Below are positions 15,483-26,463 of a stretch of DNA of 34,161 bases, one piece after another. The notes under the pieces are model-generated. The model made no database searches and was not told the DNA's origin. It was given only the letters and a program-made list of their open reading frames with translations. A program made the translations under genes and the position numbers. Source of the DNA: a virus (taxonomy: Duplodnaviria > Caudoviricetes); IMG/VR virus record IMGVR_UViG_3300037586_002003, positions 1 to 34,161 of that record; one strand, given 5' to 3'. Position 1 is the first letter of the stretch. The number at the start of each line of letters is the position of its first letter.

Positions 15483-18400
15483 GATGGTGCATTCCCAACT
15501 AAGCTTAAAAATCCTTTAGGCTTTATTATTTCTTTTTCTTTTTGATATTCTCTAGCAAATTGCATATAGGGTAAGCCAGTTATCTTTTCTACTGACCTCA
15601 TTGGATTGTCTATTAGTCCACCTTCTCCAAATACATCCCATCCCATTCTTCCAAAAGGAAACATACTAGCAACATAATATCCAGCTAATCTATCATAATC
15701 CCCTGTTACCATACCTTTAAATAAAGGTGGAAGCAGCCTTGCAATAGGAGGAGTAATCACTTGTAAAGGAGCCAACGCAGTAGGATAAGTTCCAAAAAAC
15801 GCCCTACTTTTCTCTTTCTCATTTCCAAAAGCCCAGTCAGCTAAATCTTGGAGCCAGTTCCAAGGAGCAGGTAGAGCATTTTCGAATAGTGAATACATAA
15901 ATACAGAGGATAAGCCCAGCATCATCATATCTAGAGTAGCCAACCTCTTGAATCTTTCAAACTCTTCTGTACCCTCTTTCCAGCCTCTTAAGGCTGCTTC
16001 ACTTATAACTTGATTTCTAAATCTTACAGAATTCCATGACCAGAGCTGGAATCTTGTCATAACCTTACCCATGGTAGACCTAGCAAAAGCTGGTCTAAAT
16101 GGAGCTGAATATAAGAACTGGGTAGACTTGACACCTTCCTTAGCTAATTTAATAAGGACAGGGTCATCAAATCTTGTTATAGCACCCTCAAAGTTATTCC
16201 TAGCTTGCAGATAATGGGCCATAAAGGCATCTCTACGGAGAGTTCTCTCTGGTCTTCGCATGAACCATGCAGCTTTATTAAAGATTGTATCTGCGATACC
16301 ATGTTTCTTAGCAATAGACCTTAGTTCTACGTCTTCTAATTTAGGGTCTTTTCTAATCTTACCAGAGGCTTCAGCAAAAAACTCTTGCCATTTCTTACCT
16401 TTAAATTTTGGATTTAACCCAGCCTCATAAATAAGAAAGTCTTCTACTACACCTAATTTATACACCCAGTCCTGAACATCAGTTAAGTTCTTCCACTCTG
16501 GATTAACATTTGATTGTAGATATCTAACATTACGACCATTTAGGTAATTTTCCATACCAGTAGAGGCTAACGTGTGCACAGTACCACCATAAAGATTGGC
16601 TACAGCACTCTTTGGATGAGCGAGTAATGATGCAAGTTGATATTTAGCTTCTAAATTACCCCATTTTGCCAATACACCAAAATCAATACCCTTTAATTCT
16701 TCAGGAAGGCCAGCTTCTTTTTCAGCTCCAATGCCAAGCTTCTTACGAATATCATTTACTCTTCGTTTAACATTACTATCATTCCACCAAGCATATGGAG
16801 TACCTTTTATTTTCATACTATCATTATTAAGGACACGATCAGGTATTTTTTGTGGATAACCAAGGGCATCTTGAGCATATAGATTAAAGAAATCAACCCA
16901 ATCAAATGTATGTGCCCAATCACCAGTCTTCTTATGATGTTCTCCTGCAAATCTATATATATCTGATCTCACCTTGATTTGTGCAGCATGCTTATGCATA
17001 TTATCAATAACACCCTTCATATAATTAGAATATACCTCAGGCTCTATACTCCATCCGGGTATATGTGCATTACGAGAATGTTGAGAACCTACTTTTCTTA
17101 TACTGGTAAACCAAGATACACCCTCACCTTTCTTTTGCTGCTTAGTATTTATCTCTCTCAGTACATTAAAAGCTTGTTCATATGGCTCATTGATTTCACT
17201 ATTTGGCATCCAATCACCAGTTACCTGTTTATAATGATATATAGCCTTTGTTAGCTCTTTTAATTTTGTTCTCTTATCCATGAATGGATCAGCTTCAAGA
17301 GTTTTTATCAAATCTTTTATACCATTTGCAGCAAGTTTCCTATCACCAGCAACATGAGGCCAATATCCTTCAGGGCCCAGATCACCAGTTTCTTCTATTT
17401 CTAATTTTAAGTTTATATTTTCTTTTATAGCCGAGTGTCTCTTAGGGGTTTCAGCAATCATTTGACTTTTTGCAATCTCTCTAAGCCCATCAATGCCTTC
17501 AGATAAGTCAACTCTCTCACCCTTTACTACAGCTTCGTTGAATTTCTTCAAAAACTTTTCAACAATATGATAATCACCAGCATAATTTTTATACTTACCT
17601 CTTAATGAGCTATATGATCTTTGCCATTCATTCTGACCAAACATATCCCTTTCTCCAGTCATCCATCCATGAACTCTTTTATTCCATCTAGTAATTATAT
17701 TATTAATATTTGTCACTATTTGATTACCAGTTAACTTGATTACTCTTCCACCTTCAACTGGTACATCATATATTTTATCTTTTAAAGCTTCCCAATCATA
17801 TTCTTTTTGAATTTCGTTCCATTTATTAATATACTCCTTTGAAAAAGCATTAAAGGTAGCTGTATCAGCTTTATATCTTTTTCTAAATTCTGGAGAAGTC
17901 GCATATTTAAACTCTCTAAGTCTTACAGCAACTCTAAATAATTCAGCTCCATCAGGAATACCCTCAAGATATGGTCGCATATCAGCATCAAATAAATCTT
18001 TTTCTTGTTCATACATCTGGGTAGACTGCTGCTGCATAGTGTGCACAGCACCTTGCATCTTTGTCATCATATTATCAGGCTGGACTACTCTGCCATGAAC
18101 CCAACCATACTTATCTTTATATGGAGCACGAGCTTCGACTAACTTTAAATCAAACCTCATCAAATCTTGTCCAATAGCCTTCGGAAACATAAGATGATGC
18201 CAAGGGCTTATTTTTGCAGACTTATCTTTCACTGGTCTCATCATCTTCTGCCACCAACTACCATCTCTAGTTTGAGAAAACCATCTATCTAAAGTCTTAA
18301 AATCTTCTAATGACGCCTGATTTATATCTTTTTTGATAAGCCATCTCATAACACCATTTAAATCTTTTCCAACTATATTATTATAATGCTCTAGATGATC

Positions 18401-21400
18401 TTTTATTCTATAAGCTAACTCACTAGCCTCTTTTGATAACTCTCCCTTATGTAGTCCTATAAATGGAGCATACTCATCGAAGTATAACTGCGTTTCAGCG
18501 TTCTTCTCTGGATTTTCTACTACCATTCCTTCAATTCTATTGCCATCAGAATCAAAAAATGGTTTAGGTCTGTCTAATTCCTCTGCACTCTTTACAAGAA
18601 TTTCAGCAGTTTTAACGTCTGGAATATCAATAGTATAATCAAATAACTTAGAGTATTCCTTTAACATATTACGAACAGAGGCATCAGATATTGCCGAAGA
18701 TGCAAATCCTATCCTAGAAAGAGAAGTCTTCTTTGAATCACCTATCATATTCTCTATATCTTTAGCAACTCTCTCAGTTCTAGGAGGGCCATGCTCTTTA
18801 AAAAAAGCTTTCTTATCAAACTTTCTTCCACGCCATAAGGTACCAAGCATAAAAGCATCAAATAAATCAGCTTCTTCAGGTGTAATAAGTTCTTTGTACT
18901 GCTCTATTCTCTTATCGATTTGCATCTGATTCAAAGCTGCAGACTGCTTATCACCATATATCTTATCATGAGCAGCCTCTAAAAATGATACCTCATACTG
19001 GTCAAGCGATGAATTCTCTTTATCTATCTTCTTAGCTTTATTGGCAAGTATATAACTATTCTTTTTCAAGAAATCTGCTTGTTCAGCAATCTCTTTTATC
19101 CTAGAATTAGAAATATTCTTTGCTTTCTTTACTATATATTTTATACTAGCCATATCAGATAAGTCATTAATAATAAAGTCTTCTGCCTTTTTAACAATAT
19201 CAGTTAAATGTCTAGTACGCTGCTCTATATTATCTGGATCAAACTTATCAAATTTATTTTTATTATAATATTTAAATTTATCCCCACCTAAAATATCCCT
19301 TTTGTATCTTGGATGCTGCTTATCTAATTGAGATTCCATACCTTCTTTTGTATAAAGCTTATACTTCATAGCTAATTTATAATATGCACTCATAGGAACA
19401 GCCATAGTTTCACGACCAAGAGCATCTCTCAACCAATCATAAGCTTTTAAACTACCCTGATGTTCTTCATATAATCTATCTAAGTTTGTTTCTTTTAATC
19501 TTTGAAGAACACCATCACTCCAATCAAGACCCTGTATATCAGTTGCTAACTTAGGGAGAAATGTATTTCTTTGTTCTGGAGCTAATCCTTTTTCAGGATC
19601 ATTTATCCCTTCTAGTCTCTCATGGATTTCCCACATATGAAATCTTCTATTCTCAGCAAAATTCCTACTATATAATCCTTGATTAATATCTTTCATTAAA
19701 TTTATTACAGCACTTCTTTTATGATGAGGTTTAATTAGTCTGTCATATTTATGAACTGGCTTACCAAAATTAGGATTCTGTTTATTACCTACCATATGCC
19801 TATTATCTATAATTTTATATTCAAATAGAGCATCAGTCTGCTTTTCTAACAGCTCTTCACCACGCTTACCAAATTTTAATCCAGCTTCATCCATAGGGTC
19901 TGATGCTAATCCAACAGCAGCCCTAGTTAATCCTCTGAATGCCCTCAAACTAGTATCACCCTTTTTAGCTCTTACCCTCAATGTTAAATCTTCTGTAAAG
20001 TCTTTCACTTTTATCTTCACGAAAACAGTAGAATCTTCAGCAGCTCTTATTGCAGCATAAGCTGATCTTATAGTCCCAGACTGAACAACAGCAACTTTTA
20101 ATTGTCCCCTACCCTCAGAAGCTGCATTAGATGCAGTCTGTCTGGACACAGGATCATATTGCAATGCTTTATTCTTCCCAAGATCATAAACAATATCTTC
20201 TCCAGTTGCCTTATCAGGCTGAACTGTTAATTCTGAATGATAAGTCTTACCCGTAAATGGGTTTATAGCTCGCTTATTATCTGCCTCTATAGGCTTACCA
20301 TCTGCAGATTCTACTACATACTCATTCTTAGACCAGTCATACGCATCTTTCCAATCTTTCTTAAAACCTTCTCCAGTACCATCAGTAGCTCTACCACCAA
20401 AGAACACAAAAGCTTTATCCCCATCTAGATCAGCACCTCCAAGAGCCTTCATAGTTCTCCCATGAAGTAATGATCCATATCCACGAATTCCTGTAAATCC
20501 TTTAAAATGAAGAGCGTGAGCACCACTCATAGAATCCATAGGTACACGAACAAGAACAGCTCTAAACAGTTCTTCTAATTGCTTATCTCTCTTAGCACCC
20601 TTTATCTTCACATACTTCTTAGCCTTTTCATCCCATTTCTTTAAAGATACTTGGTAATCATCCCATAATTTTCCAAGTTTACGTTTACGTTTCTTACCTA
20701 TACCAGTAACATCAACATCTAATTCTCTAAATCCCTCATCTAAGAAAAATATATCATCTCTCTTTTCCAAATCAGCAGTAATCCCTTCCTTAGACATACC
20801 TATCTCATAAGGTCTCATCCTAGTAGAACCACTATTGCCTATTTTGGGTCTCGTTATACCATTAACAATATAGTTTCTTATTACTGACATCCTATAATCA
20901 CGACTGTATTTATGCAAAAATCCAGCTATACTTCTTGGGATAAGCTTCTGTATCCTATCATGAACAATGACATAATTAGCCATTTCATCTTTCATGCTCT
21001 TCAATTCTGTATCAGTATATTCACCATCAGCACGCATATCTTCAATGATATCTCGATTATATTTCTGTATCTTAGCATAAACTTGATTAGCAAATAACTC
21101 ATTACCCGGCTTCTTTATAGCACCGAGTAGTTCATGTACACCAACCTTATCTAAATTATTTAGAATTTTTGGGATATCATCCTCATAAGCAGTTGGATTC
21201 TCAGCTAATTTTTTTACTATAGTATTATACTCTTCTTCACCTGCAGCACGACTCCCGCTAAGAGTTTGATACATATCATCCATAATCTTACCCATAGCTT
21301 CATTATATTGATTTGCATTCTTAAAAGGAGCACGACTAGGGTCGAAGAAAGAATATGGAGTAAAATTCATAAACATCTGTTTTGGCATATGCTGAGATTC

Positions 21401-24190
21401 AATACTATGCTTATCTGTCTTTTCAGACATTACTATTTTTATATCTCTAATTGGTAATTCATATATCTCAGCATCAACCTTAGGCTTCTTACGAACCCAT
21501 GAAATATTACCTACTTTTCTTTCCCCTATCTGCTTCGCTGCTGATCTGGGGATTATTAAATGAATATTGTTATCATGCATATACTTTTCAAGCTTTGGAG
21601 AAGCTGAATGTATCATGTACTTACCCAATAGAGCTCCATATTGGGCACTAGGAGACACTATAAAGGATTTATTGACCCCACCTTCCAAAGGAAGCCCTGC
21701 CCCGTAATTTAAGCCATCTATGGCGTCAGAACGCCCTATTATGCCACCATCAGAAACTTCATAGTGTTTACTGCTAGCTGTACCTACTACATGATTTATC
21801 TCATCTCCCAAATCTTCGATTAATTGTATATTTAAACTATCATTTTCTATCGCCTTCTTACCTCGTCTAGCTTTCTCAACATGGAGAGCAACAGCTTCAG
21901 GATCAGCAGAGTAACCAGATGTGAGCCAGATTTGAGCACGTTTGTTAAAACCTTTCGCATTATTTACATACCCCTTCTTTAGTACCTTACTAAAATCGCT
22001 AAGACTTTTATATCCATTCAGTCTTATATCGTATATTACATTTGATATGTATGATCTATCAAATATCTCACCAGCTAAAGTATCTTCACCGCCAATACCC
22101 TTTCCATATCTTTTTATGAAGGCTTCTCTACTCTTATCTATTGCTTTTAAATCTTTTTCCTTTACCCCAGCCTTTTTCAAAGTGGCTTTTATAAATGCCA
22201 AGTCTTTTTTTATAACCTTTTTATTTCTTGATACATCTGGGTGATATTTCATAAAATACATTCTTTCAGCATCACCCCTACCACCATAATAATACATATC
22301 ATGCTTATAATATTGCTTTTTACCATGACGATCAAGGACTGGTGTACCATCTTTATAAGTTATTAACTTCTTTCTATAATTCATAAATTTCATTAATCTG
22401 CCAATTTCTTTGTCATATTCATTTTTAGCAGCATTTATATCCTCATCATTAGCGTATTCTCTATGATTCTTTGTTGCATTACGCTTAGCTAAATAATCTT
22501 CATACTTTCCAAGATCGAATTCTCTCATACCAGTAGGAGTACTCCTGACCATATGATCTAATATTGCATATACACCATATGCTTCAGTCTCTTCCCCACC
22601 TACCTTACGATTCCAATCTTCAAGCCAAACTTTCTCTATAGATTTAGGCTCTTGACTTAACTGTTTTTTATTTCCAGCATCATTTTGAGCAAGACCGTTC
22701 TTATCTAGAGTCATTATCCTAGCCTTACCATTAGTAATAGTAATCATATTAACAGGTCTTTGTCTTGTCCTCATATAACCAAGGCCACGCCAATATGAAT
22801 AATCTTCTTCTAACTGAGAAAATTTAGGATGTTTCTCCAGAATATATTTGGACATAGCTTCACCGGGATTTATTCCTGTTTTCTCAGACTTTTCAGTCTT
22901 TAAAAGCCTAGTCCATTCATCGTTTAAATCCTTTGCTATAAGTAACTTTTCTCCTATAGGTCTTCCTTCAAGATAACCCTCCATATTCCTATCAACAAAA
23001 GTTTTGGCATTTATAGAAAGTTGAGCTGGTTTTATTTGAGCATCAACATCTTCCCCACTCAAATCCATTTCTCTAAACTCTTCTTCAGTATAATTTCTTA
23101 CTGGTTCACCTTCGGTACTAAACTGTATAGATTCCTTCTCTTCCTGAGACTTTATAAATTCACTAGCTCTTTTCTGAGCCTCCTCTGCGTTAATACCCGG
23201 TACTGCTGACATTATCTCAGCAGCTAAGGCGTTCACGGGCTCATGTAATTCTTTTACCTTCTTTATAACCCAATCTTGGCCCGGCTTATCTATTTTATCC
23301 CATCCAACTACAAGTTCTGGGTCTCTTACTCCTTGTTTCATCATCTTTGATAAGTGTTGTTGACCCATACGCCTATGAACAGGCATTTCATTATACCCAA
23401 AATATCCACCTAATAGATATTGATATATTTGCATTGGAGTTGTTTCTCCCCTAGCAGTAGAAGGTAACCCAGTGTATAATGAAGCAGATAATGTTCTTAA
23501 AGACTTATCAGCAGCAGGTGATCCAGTTTGTATCAGATTTCCTATACCTCTGAACACTGCACCAGTCTCAGCACCGTGTATAAAAGAATCTAACATCTCA
23601 TCAACACCACCCTGCCAAGAGCTAACAGCACTAGCAACACCAAGATGAAATCCTCCAGATGCCATATCTTTTACAACATTATTCTGTAAAAAGCCAACTG
23701 CAGTCTTAGCAGCATCAGCCCTTGCACCAATAGCCTTACCATATATATTATTAGTTAATTTACCAGCCTTTTTAGTAGCAAAATTAGCAATCCTCATCGG
23801 GACAGAAGTCCCTCTAGCTGCCTTTGCTGCTTGGGCTAATTTATAAGCACCCATTAACTTAAATGGCATTGAAGGAATATATCCAACAAACCCAGCTAAG
23901 TGTCCTATATTACGACCAATAGCCTCTGCATCATCCTTAGGAGGATCACCGACGTTAAAAGTAGTAAATCCGCTAAAAAATCCAGCACCCGCCTGTTTCA
24001 TAACCTCTCCAGTTTTACCTAGAAATGATTCTTGATTTTCTGCAAAAGGAAGTTTATAATATTCAGCGTGTTGTTCTAACGCTTCTAGAGTTTGATCATC
24101 GAATTTATCTGGCTGCTGATCATACAGCCGTCTATAATTAGTTACCTGCTGAGGAGTTAAGCTAGGTTTAAATTGTTGAGGAACAGCCAC
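15479..24190 (-). CDS. Giant internal virion protein with two-barrel (DPBB) RNA polymerase domain; putative virion RNA polymerase
   Basis: GGA-D1254-LDGD-K (nt 20417-20431), upstream LVRVP (RxP) and SDGG motifs; Gly/Ala-rich N-terminus; TQFLY..RP..G..RFQ C-terminus of ejection-protein type. Confidence 0.8.
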   Translation of the reverse strand: MAVPQQFKPSLTPQQVTNYRRLYDQQPDKFDDQTLEALEQHAEYYKLPFAENQESFLGKTGEVMKQAGAGFFSGFTTFNVGDPPKDDAEAIGRNIGHLAGFVGYIPSMPFKLMGAYKLAQAAKAARGTSVPMRIANFATKKAGKLTNNIYGKAIGARADAAKTAVGFLQNNVVKDMASGGFHLGVASAVSSWQGGVDEMLDSFIHGAETGAVFRGIGNLIQTGSPAADKSLRTLSASLYTGLPSTARGETTPMQIYQYLLGGYFGYNEMPVHRRMGQQHLSKMMKQGVRDPELVVGWDKIDKPGQDWVIKKVKELHEPVNALAAEIMSAVPGINAEEAQKRASEFIKSQEEKESIQFSTEGEPVRNYTEEEFREMDLSGEDVDAQIKPAQLSINAKTFVDRNMEGYLEGRPIGEKLLIAKDLNDEWTRLLKTEKSEKTGINPGEAMSKYILEKHPKFSQLEEDYSYWRGLGYMRTRQRPVNMITITNGKARIMTLDKNGLAQNDAGNKKQLSQEPKSIEKVWLEDWNRKVGGEETEAYGVYAILDHMVRSTPTGMREFDLGKYEDYLAKRNATKNHREYANDEDINAAKNEYDKEIGRLMKFMNYRKKLITYKDGTPVLDRHGKKQYYKHDMYYYGGRGDAERMYFMKYHPDVSRNKKVIKKDLAFIKATLKKAGVKEKDLKAIDKSREAFIKRYGKGIGGEDTLAGEIFDRSYISNVIYDIRLNGYKSLSDFSKVLKKGYVNNAKGFNKRAQIWLTSGYSADPEAVALHVEKARRGKKAIENDSLNIQLIEDLGDEINHVVGTASSKHYEVSDGGIIGRSDAIDGLNYGAGLPLEGGVNKSFIVSPSAQYGALLGKYMIHSASPKLEKYMHDNNIHLIIPRSAAKQIGERKVGNISWVRKKPKVDAEIYELPIRDIKIVMSEKTDKHSIESQHMPKQMFMNFTPYSFFDPSRAPFKNANQYNEAMGKIMDDMYQTLSGSRAAGEEEYNTIVKKLAENPTAYEDDIPKILNNLDKVGVHELLGAIKKPGNELFANQVYAKIQKYNRDIIEDMRADGEYTDTELKSMKDEMANYVIVHDRIQKLIPRSIAGFLHKYSRDYRMSVIRNYIVNGITRPKIGNSGSTRMRPYEIGMSKEGITADLEKRDDIFFLDEGFRELDVDVTGIGKKRKRKLGKLWDDYQVSLKKWDEKAKKYVKIKGAKRDKQLEELFRAVLVRVPMDSMSGAHALHFKGFTGIRGYGSLLHGRTMKALGGADLDGDKAFVFFGGRATDGTGEGFKKDWKDAYDWSKNEYVVESADGKPIEADNKRAINPFTGKTYHSELTVQPDKATGEDIVYDLGKNKALQYDPVSRQTASNAASEGRGQLKVAVVQSGTIRSAYAAIRAAEDSTVFVKIKVKDFTEDLTLRVRAKKGDTSLRAFRGLTRAAVGLASDPMDEAGLKFGKRGEELLEKQTDALFEYKIIDNRHMVGNKQNPNFGKPVHKYDRLIKPHHKRSAVINLMKDINQGLYSRNFAENRRFHMWEIHERLEGINDPEKGLAPEQRNTFLPKLATDIQGLDWSDGVLQRLKETNLDRLYEEHQGSLKAYDWLRDALGRETMAVPMSAYYKLAMKYKLYTKEGMESQLDKQHPRYKRDILGGDKFKYYNKNKFDKFDPDNIEQRTRHLTDIVKKAEDFIINDLSDMASIKYIVKKAKNISNSRIKEIAEQADFLKKNSYILANKAKKIDKENSSLDQYEVSFLEAAHDKIYGDKQSAALNQMQIDKRIEQYKELITPEEADLFDAFMLGTLWRGRKFDKKAFFKEHGPPRTERVAKDIENMIGDSKKTSLSRIGFASSAISDASVRNMLKEYSKLFDYTIDIPDVKTAEILVKSAEELDRPKPFFDSDGNRIEGMVVENPEKNAETQLYFDEYAPFIGLHKGELSKEASELAYRIKDHLEHYNNIVGKDLNGVMRWLIKKDINQASLEDFKTLDRWFSQTRDGSWWQKMMRPVKDKSAKISPWHHLMFPKAIGQDLMRFDLKLVEARAPYKDKYGWVHGRVVQPDNMMTKMQGAVHTMQQQSTQMYEQEKDLFDADMRPYLEGIPDGAELFRVAVRLREFKYATSPEFRKRYKADTATFNAFSKEYINKWNEIQKEYDWEALKDKIYDVPVEGGRVIKLTGNQIVTNINNIITRWNKRVHGWMTGERDMFGQNEWQRSYSSLRGKYKNYAGDYHIVEKFLKKFNEAVVKGERVDLSEGIDGLREIAKSQMIAETPKRHSAIKENINLKLEIEETGDLGPEGYWPHVAGDRKLAANGIKDLIKTLEADPFMDKRTKLKELTKAIYHYKQVTGDWMPNSEINEPYEQAFNVLREINTKQQKKGEGVSWFTSIRKVGSQHSRNAHIPGWSIEPEVYSNYMKGVIDNMHKHAAQIKVRSDIYRFAGEHHKKTGDWAHTFDWVDFFNLYAQDALGYPQKIPDRVLNNDSMKIKGTPYAWWNDSNVKRRVNDIRKKLGIGAEKEAGLPEELKGIDFGVLAKWGNLEAKYQLASLLAHPKSAVANLYGGTVHTLASTGMENYLNGRNVRYLQSNVNPEWKNLTDVQDWVYKLGVVEDFLIYEAGLNPKFKGKKWQEFFAEASGKIRKDPKLEDVELRSIAKKHGIADTIFNKAAWFMRRPERTLRRDAFMAHYLQARNNFEGAITRFDDPVLIKLAKEGVKSTQFLYSAPFRPAFARSTMGKVMTRFQLWSWNSVRFRNQVISEAALRGWKEGTEEFERFKRLATLDMMMLGLSSVFMYSLFENALPAPWNWLQDLADWAFGNEKEKSRAFFGTYPTALAPLQVITPPIARLLPPLFKGMVTGDYDRLAGYYVASMFPFGRMGWDVFGEGGLIDNPMRSVEKITGLPYMQFAREYQKEKEIIKPKGFLSLVGNAPS

Positions 24191-24193
24191 ACG

Positions 24194-25135
24194 CTAATCC
24201 TCACCAATAGCATCTAATAGTTGCCCTATTCCCCACATTCCACCTTCAAATAAGGCAAGGCCAGCTAACCCGGGTAAAAAGCCTCCACCTGTACCCATAG
24301 CAGCAACAGAACCAAGACGTCCAATCCTAGCAGCTTTCTGACCTCTTAATAACCATTTAGTTACAAGACGTCCAGTCCTGCCCTTTTGTCCAGCAACTTT
24401 AGGAAGGATACCTTTACTTCGATTACTAACAATTTTTTCAGCCTGTGTCTTTGTAAATTTATAAGGCCCAGTTGGATCACTTAATTCTTTTACGGTTAAA
24501 TTCTTTATTGAACCCACTCCTTGACCGGGTGCTCTTAATCTATTACCAACATTGTCATACCCACGCATTTTCACACCCTGATCACCAAGTAATTTTACAA
24601 TTTCTTTTCCCTGAGGAACAAATTTTCTTAATCTATTTGCATAAGTTACAGCACCATATCCACCTGCTGCTATTAATGCTTTTGTTATATCCATGTCAAA
24701 AGAAGATTTAGGCTCTATTAATTGATTGTCCAACATATAACCGAGCATTCCCGGATTGCCCTTAAAAGCTTTTCTTAGATCATCATCGTCATATCCAGCT
24801 TGTCTCGCAGTAGCAACCTGATTAGCTAAGTTCATATCATAATTTTGCTTACCATATCCATACATCTCTTGAAACATTTGTTGATCAATGCCCTTTGAAT
24901 TAGGCATATCTTCTCTTAATTGTTGATAGTGAGCATTAGCACTACCCATTGGTCTCATATTGCCAATAGAAGCTTTATCTAGTTTACCGCCAGCCATCAT
25001 TCGCTGAATAGGCAATGCCTCAGACATAATTCTATCTTGGAATCCAGTAGTTGCTGTCTGTGCATCCCTCTCAGCTGCTTCTTTAGGACTCCCCATCCAA
25101 CTATATGCTGCGTTAAAATCTGGTATATATGCCAT
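24194..25135 (-). CDS. Putative internal virion/ejection protein
   Basis: Gly/Ala/Met-rich with hydrophobic C-terminus; directly upstream of the giant protein. Confidence 0.55.
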   Translation of the reverse strand: MAYIPDFNAAYSWMGSPKEAAERDAQTATTGFQDRIMSEALPIQRMMAGGKLDKASIGNMRPMGSANAHYQQLREDMPNSKGIDQQMFQEMYGYGKQNYDMNLANQVATARQAGYDDDDLRKAFKGNPGMLGYMLDNQLIEPKSSFDMDITKALIAAGGYGAVTYANRLRKFVPQGKEIVKLLGDQGVKMRGYDNVGNRLRAPGQGVGSIKNLTVKELSDPTGPYKFTKTQAEKIVSNRSKGILPKVAGQKGRTGRLVTKWLLRGQKAARIGRLGSVAAMGTGGGFLPGLAGLALFEGGMWGIGQLLDAIGED

Positions 25136-25144
25136 AATTAATTC

Positions 25145-25795
25145 CTACCAAGGTTGTTGTTGGTACCACTTAGATGGTGGCCCCTGTTGTTGTCTTTGAG
25201 GTGGTGCAGGGCCCCATGTCCCTGTCTCTTCATCGTATACTTCTTGTGAAGTCGTTCCATCTTTATTATTAAACACTCCTGTTTTTGGCCCTTGTCCAGC
25301 CTGCTCAGCACCTTCTAAAAATTTTCCTATCCCAGATTCCCCAAATTTCTTACTTTGATCATCCACAAATTGTTTATTACTTTCCTTATCTCCCCAAATT
25401 CTTTGCCATATATTAGGAGATTGAGGTGCAGGCGGCCCTTGAGCACCGGGACGATTCATATAAGGGGATTGCTGAGACTGAGCTCCACCTGCTGCACCCT
25501 TAAAGGGATTAAACATACCTAATAAACCTCTTATATCTCCACCTAATGATCTATCCATTTGAGCAGGAGCACCCATAGATATGCCACCCCAATTCTGTGC
25601 AGCTTGTGCATACGGATCATCAGAGCCTTCAGTCCCTCGATAAGCTTGATTTATATCAGATTGGATTGATTTATAACGATCACTGTCTTGACCATATTGC
25701 TCTTTCATCTGATTTCTATAATCAACAGCTCCACCTAAATCTGTATAGGCAGGAGTTTGAGCACCTTTACCAGTTATATAATCCCAAACACCCAT
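25145..25795 (-). CDS. Gly/Gln/Pro-rich putative ejection protein
   Basis: Low-complexity composition and position in the internal-protein cluster. Confidence 0.5.
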   Translation of the reverse strand: MGVWDYITGKGAQTPAYTDLGGAVDYRNQMKEQYGQDSDRYKSIQSDINQAYRGTEGSDDPYAQAAQNWGGISMGAPAQMDRSLGGDIRGLLGMFNPFKGAAGGAQSQQSPYMNRPGAQGPPAPQSPNIWQRIWGDKESNKQFVDDQSKKFGESGIGKFLEGAEQAGQGPKTGVFNNKDGTTSQEVYDEETGTWGPAPPQRQQQGPPSKWYQQQPW

Positions 25796-26388
25796 TATCT
25801 ATTGGCCCATCCCTTTAAACCGCCACCAATCTTACTTAGCAACCCAGTTTTTCCAAACATATCAGGCATCATCATCCCACCTTGTTCTTGCATAGCTTGC
25901 CCCTGAGCTAATCGAAGATCACGTTGGTGTTCCAATTGTTTTGACATTTCTCCAGAGACACCCTGATCTATATTCATTTGCATTGCACCAGCTTGACCTA
26001 ATCCTTTATTAAAAGCACCATATGCTTCAGCCATACCACCTTGCTTTAAACGATTTTTTATAGCATTCGCTTGACTACCACCTTGGCCCATCTGCATAGC
26101 AGTTTCTACACCTTGATTACCTTTTTGACTAGCTAAATCCATAGCAGCACCAGAATACTGACCAAAATTAGTCATTTTGCCGACTATACCCTGTGACTGA
26201 TCCCAGACACCCCTTATCTTATCTTCATCCCCTAAACCACTAATGACTTTATTCTGCTGACCGATACCTTGCTGTATCTTCTGGTTACCCATTATACCGC
26301 CTATAACATTCTGACCAAACTCGCTTCCGAGCATGCTTCCGATACCTTTTGCACCGATTCCTAATAAACCACCTAAACCAAACGCCAT
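25795..26388 (-). CDS. Gly/Gln/Met-rich putative ejection (pilot-like) protein
   Basis: Hydrophobic Gly-rich N-terminus MAFGLGGLLGIG followed by Q-rich helices; AGGAG Shine-Dalgarno. Confidence 0.55.
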   Translation of the reverse strand: MAFGLGGLLGIGAKGIGSMLGSEFGQNVIGGIMGNQKIQQGIGQQNKVISGLGDEDKIRGVWDQSQGIVGKMTNFGQYSGAAMDLASQKGNQGVETAMQMGQGGSQANAIKNRLKQGGMAEAYGAFNKGLGQAGAMQMNIDQGVSGEMSKQLEHQRDLRLAQGQAMQEQGGMMMPDMFGKTGLLSKIGGGLKGWANR

Positions 26389-26405
26389 ATTATATATCTC
26401 CTAAG

Positions 26406-26461
26406 ATAGTTTTTTCCCTTGCAATTTACGAAGGTAATTGTTATTTACAAATAGTTTTTTC
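26406..26461 (-). promoter_or_regulatory. Candidate promoter TTGTAA-16-TAAATT flanked by 11-nt direct repeats
   Basis: -35 at 26450-26445, -10 at 26428-26423; ATAGTTTTTTC at 26406-26416 and 26451-26461. Confidence 0.5.
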
Positions 26462-26463
26462 AT

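Noticed and set aside
15479-24190. N4/T7-type single-subunit virion RNAP, or alternative genetic code
   Set aside because: The catalytic motif is the two-barrel DxDGD type. Long ORFs are intact under the standard code, and TAG, TGA and TAA all serve as stops.
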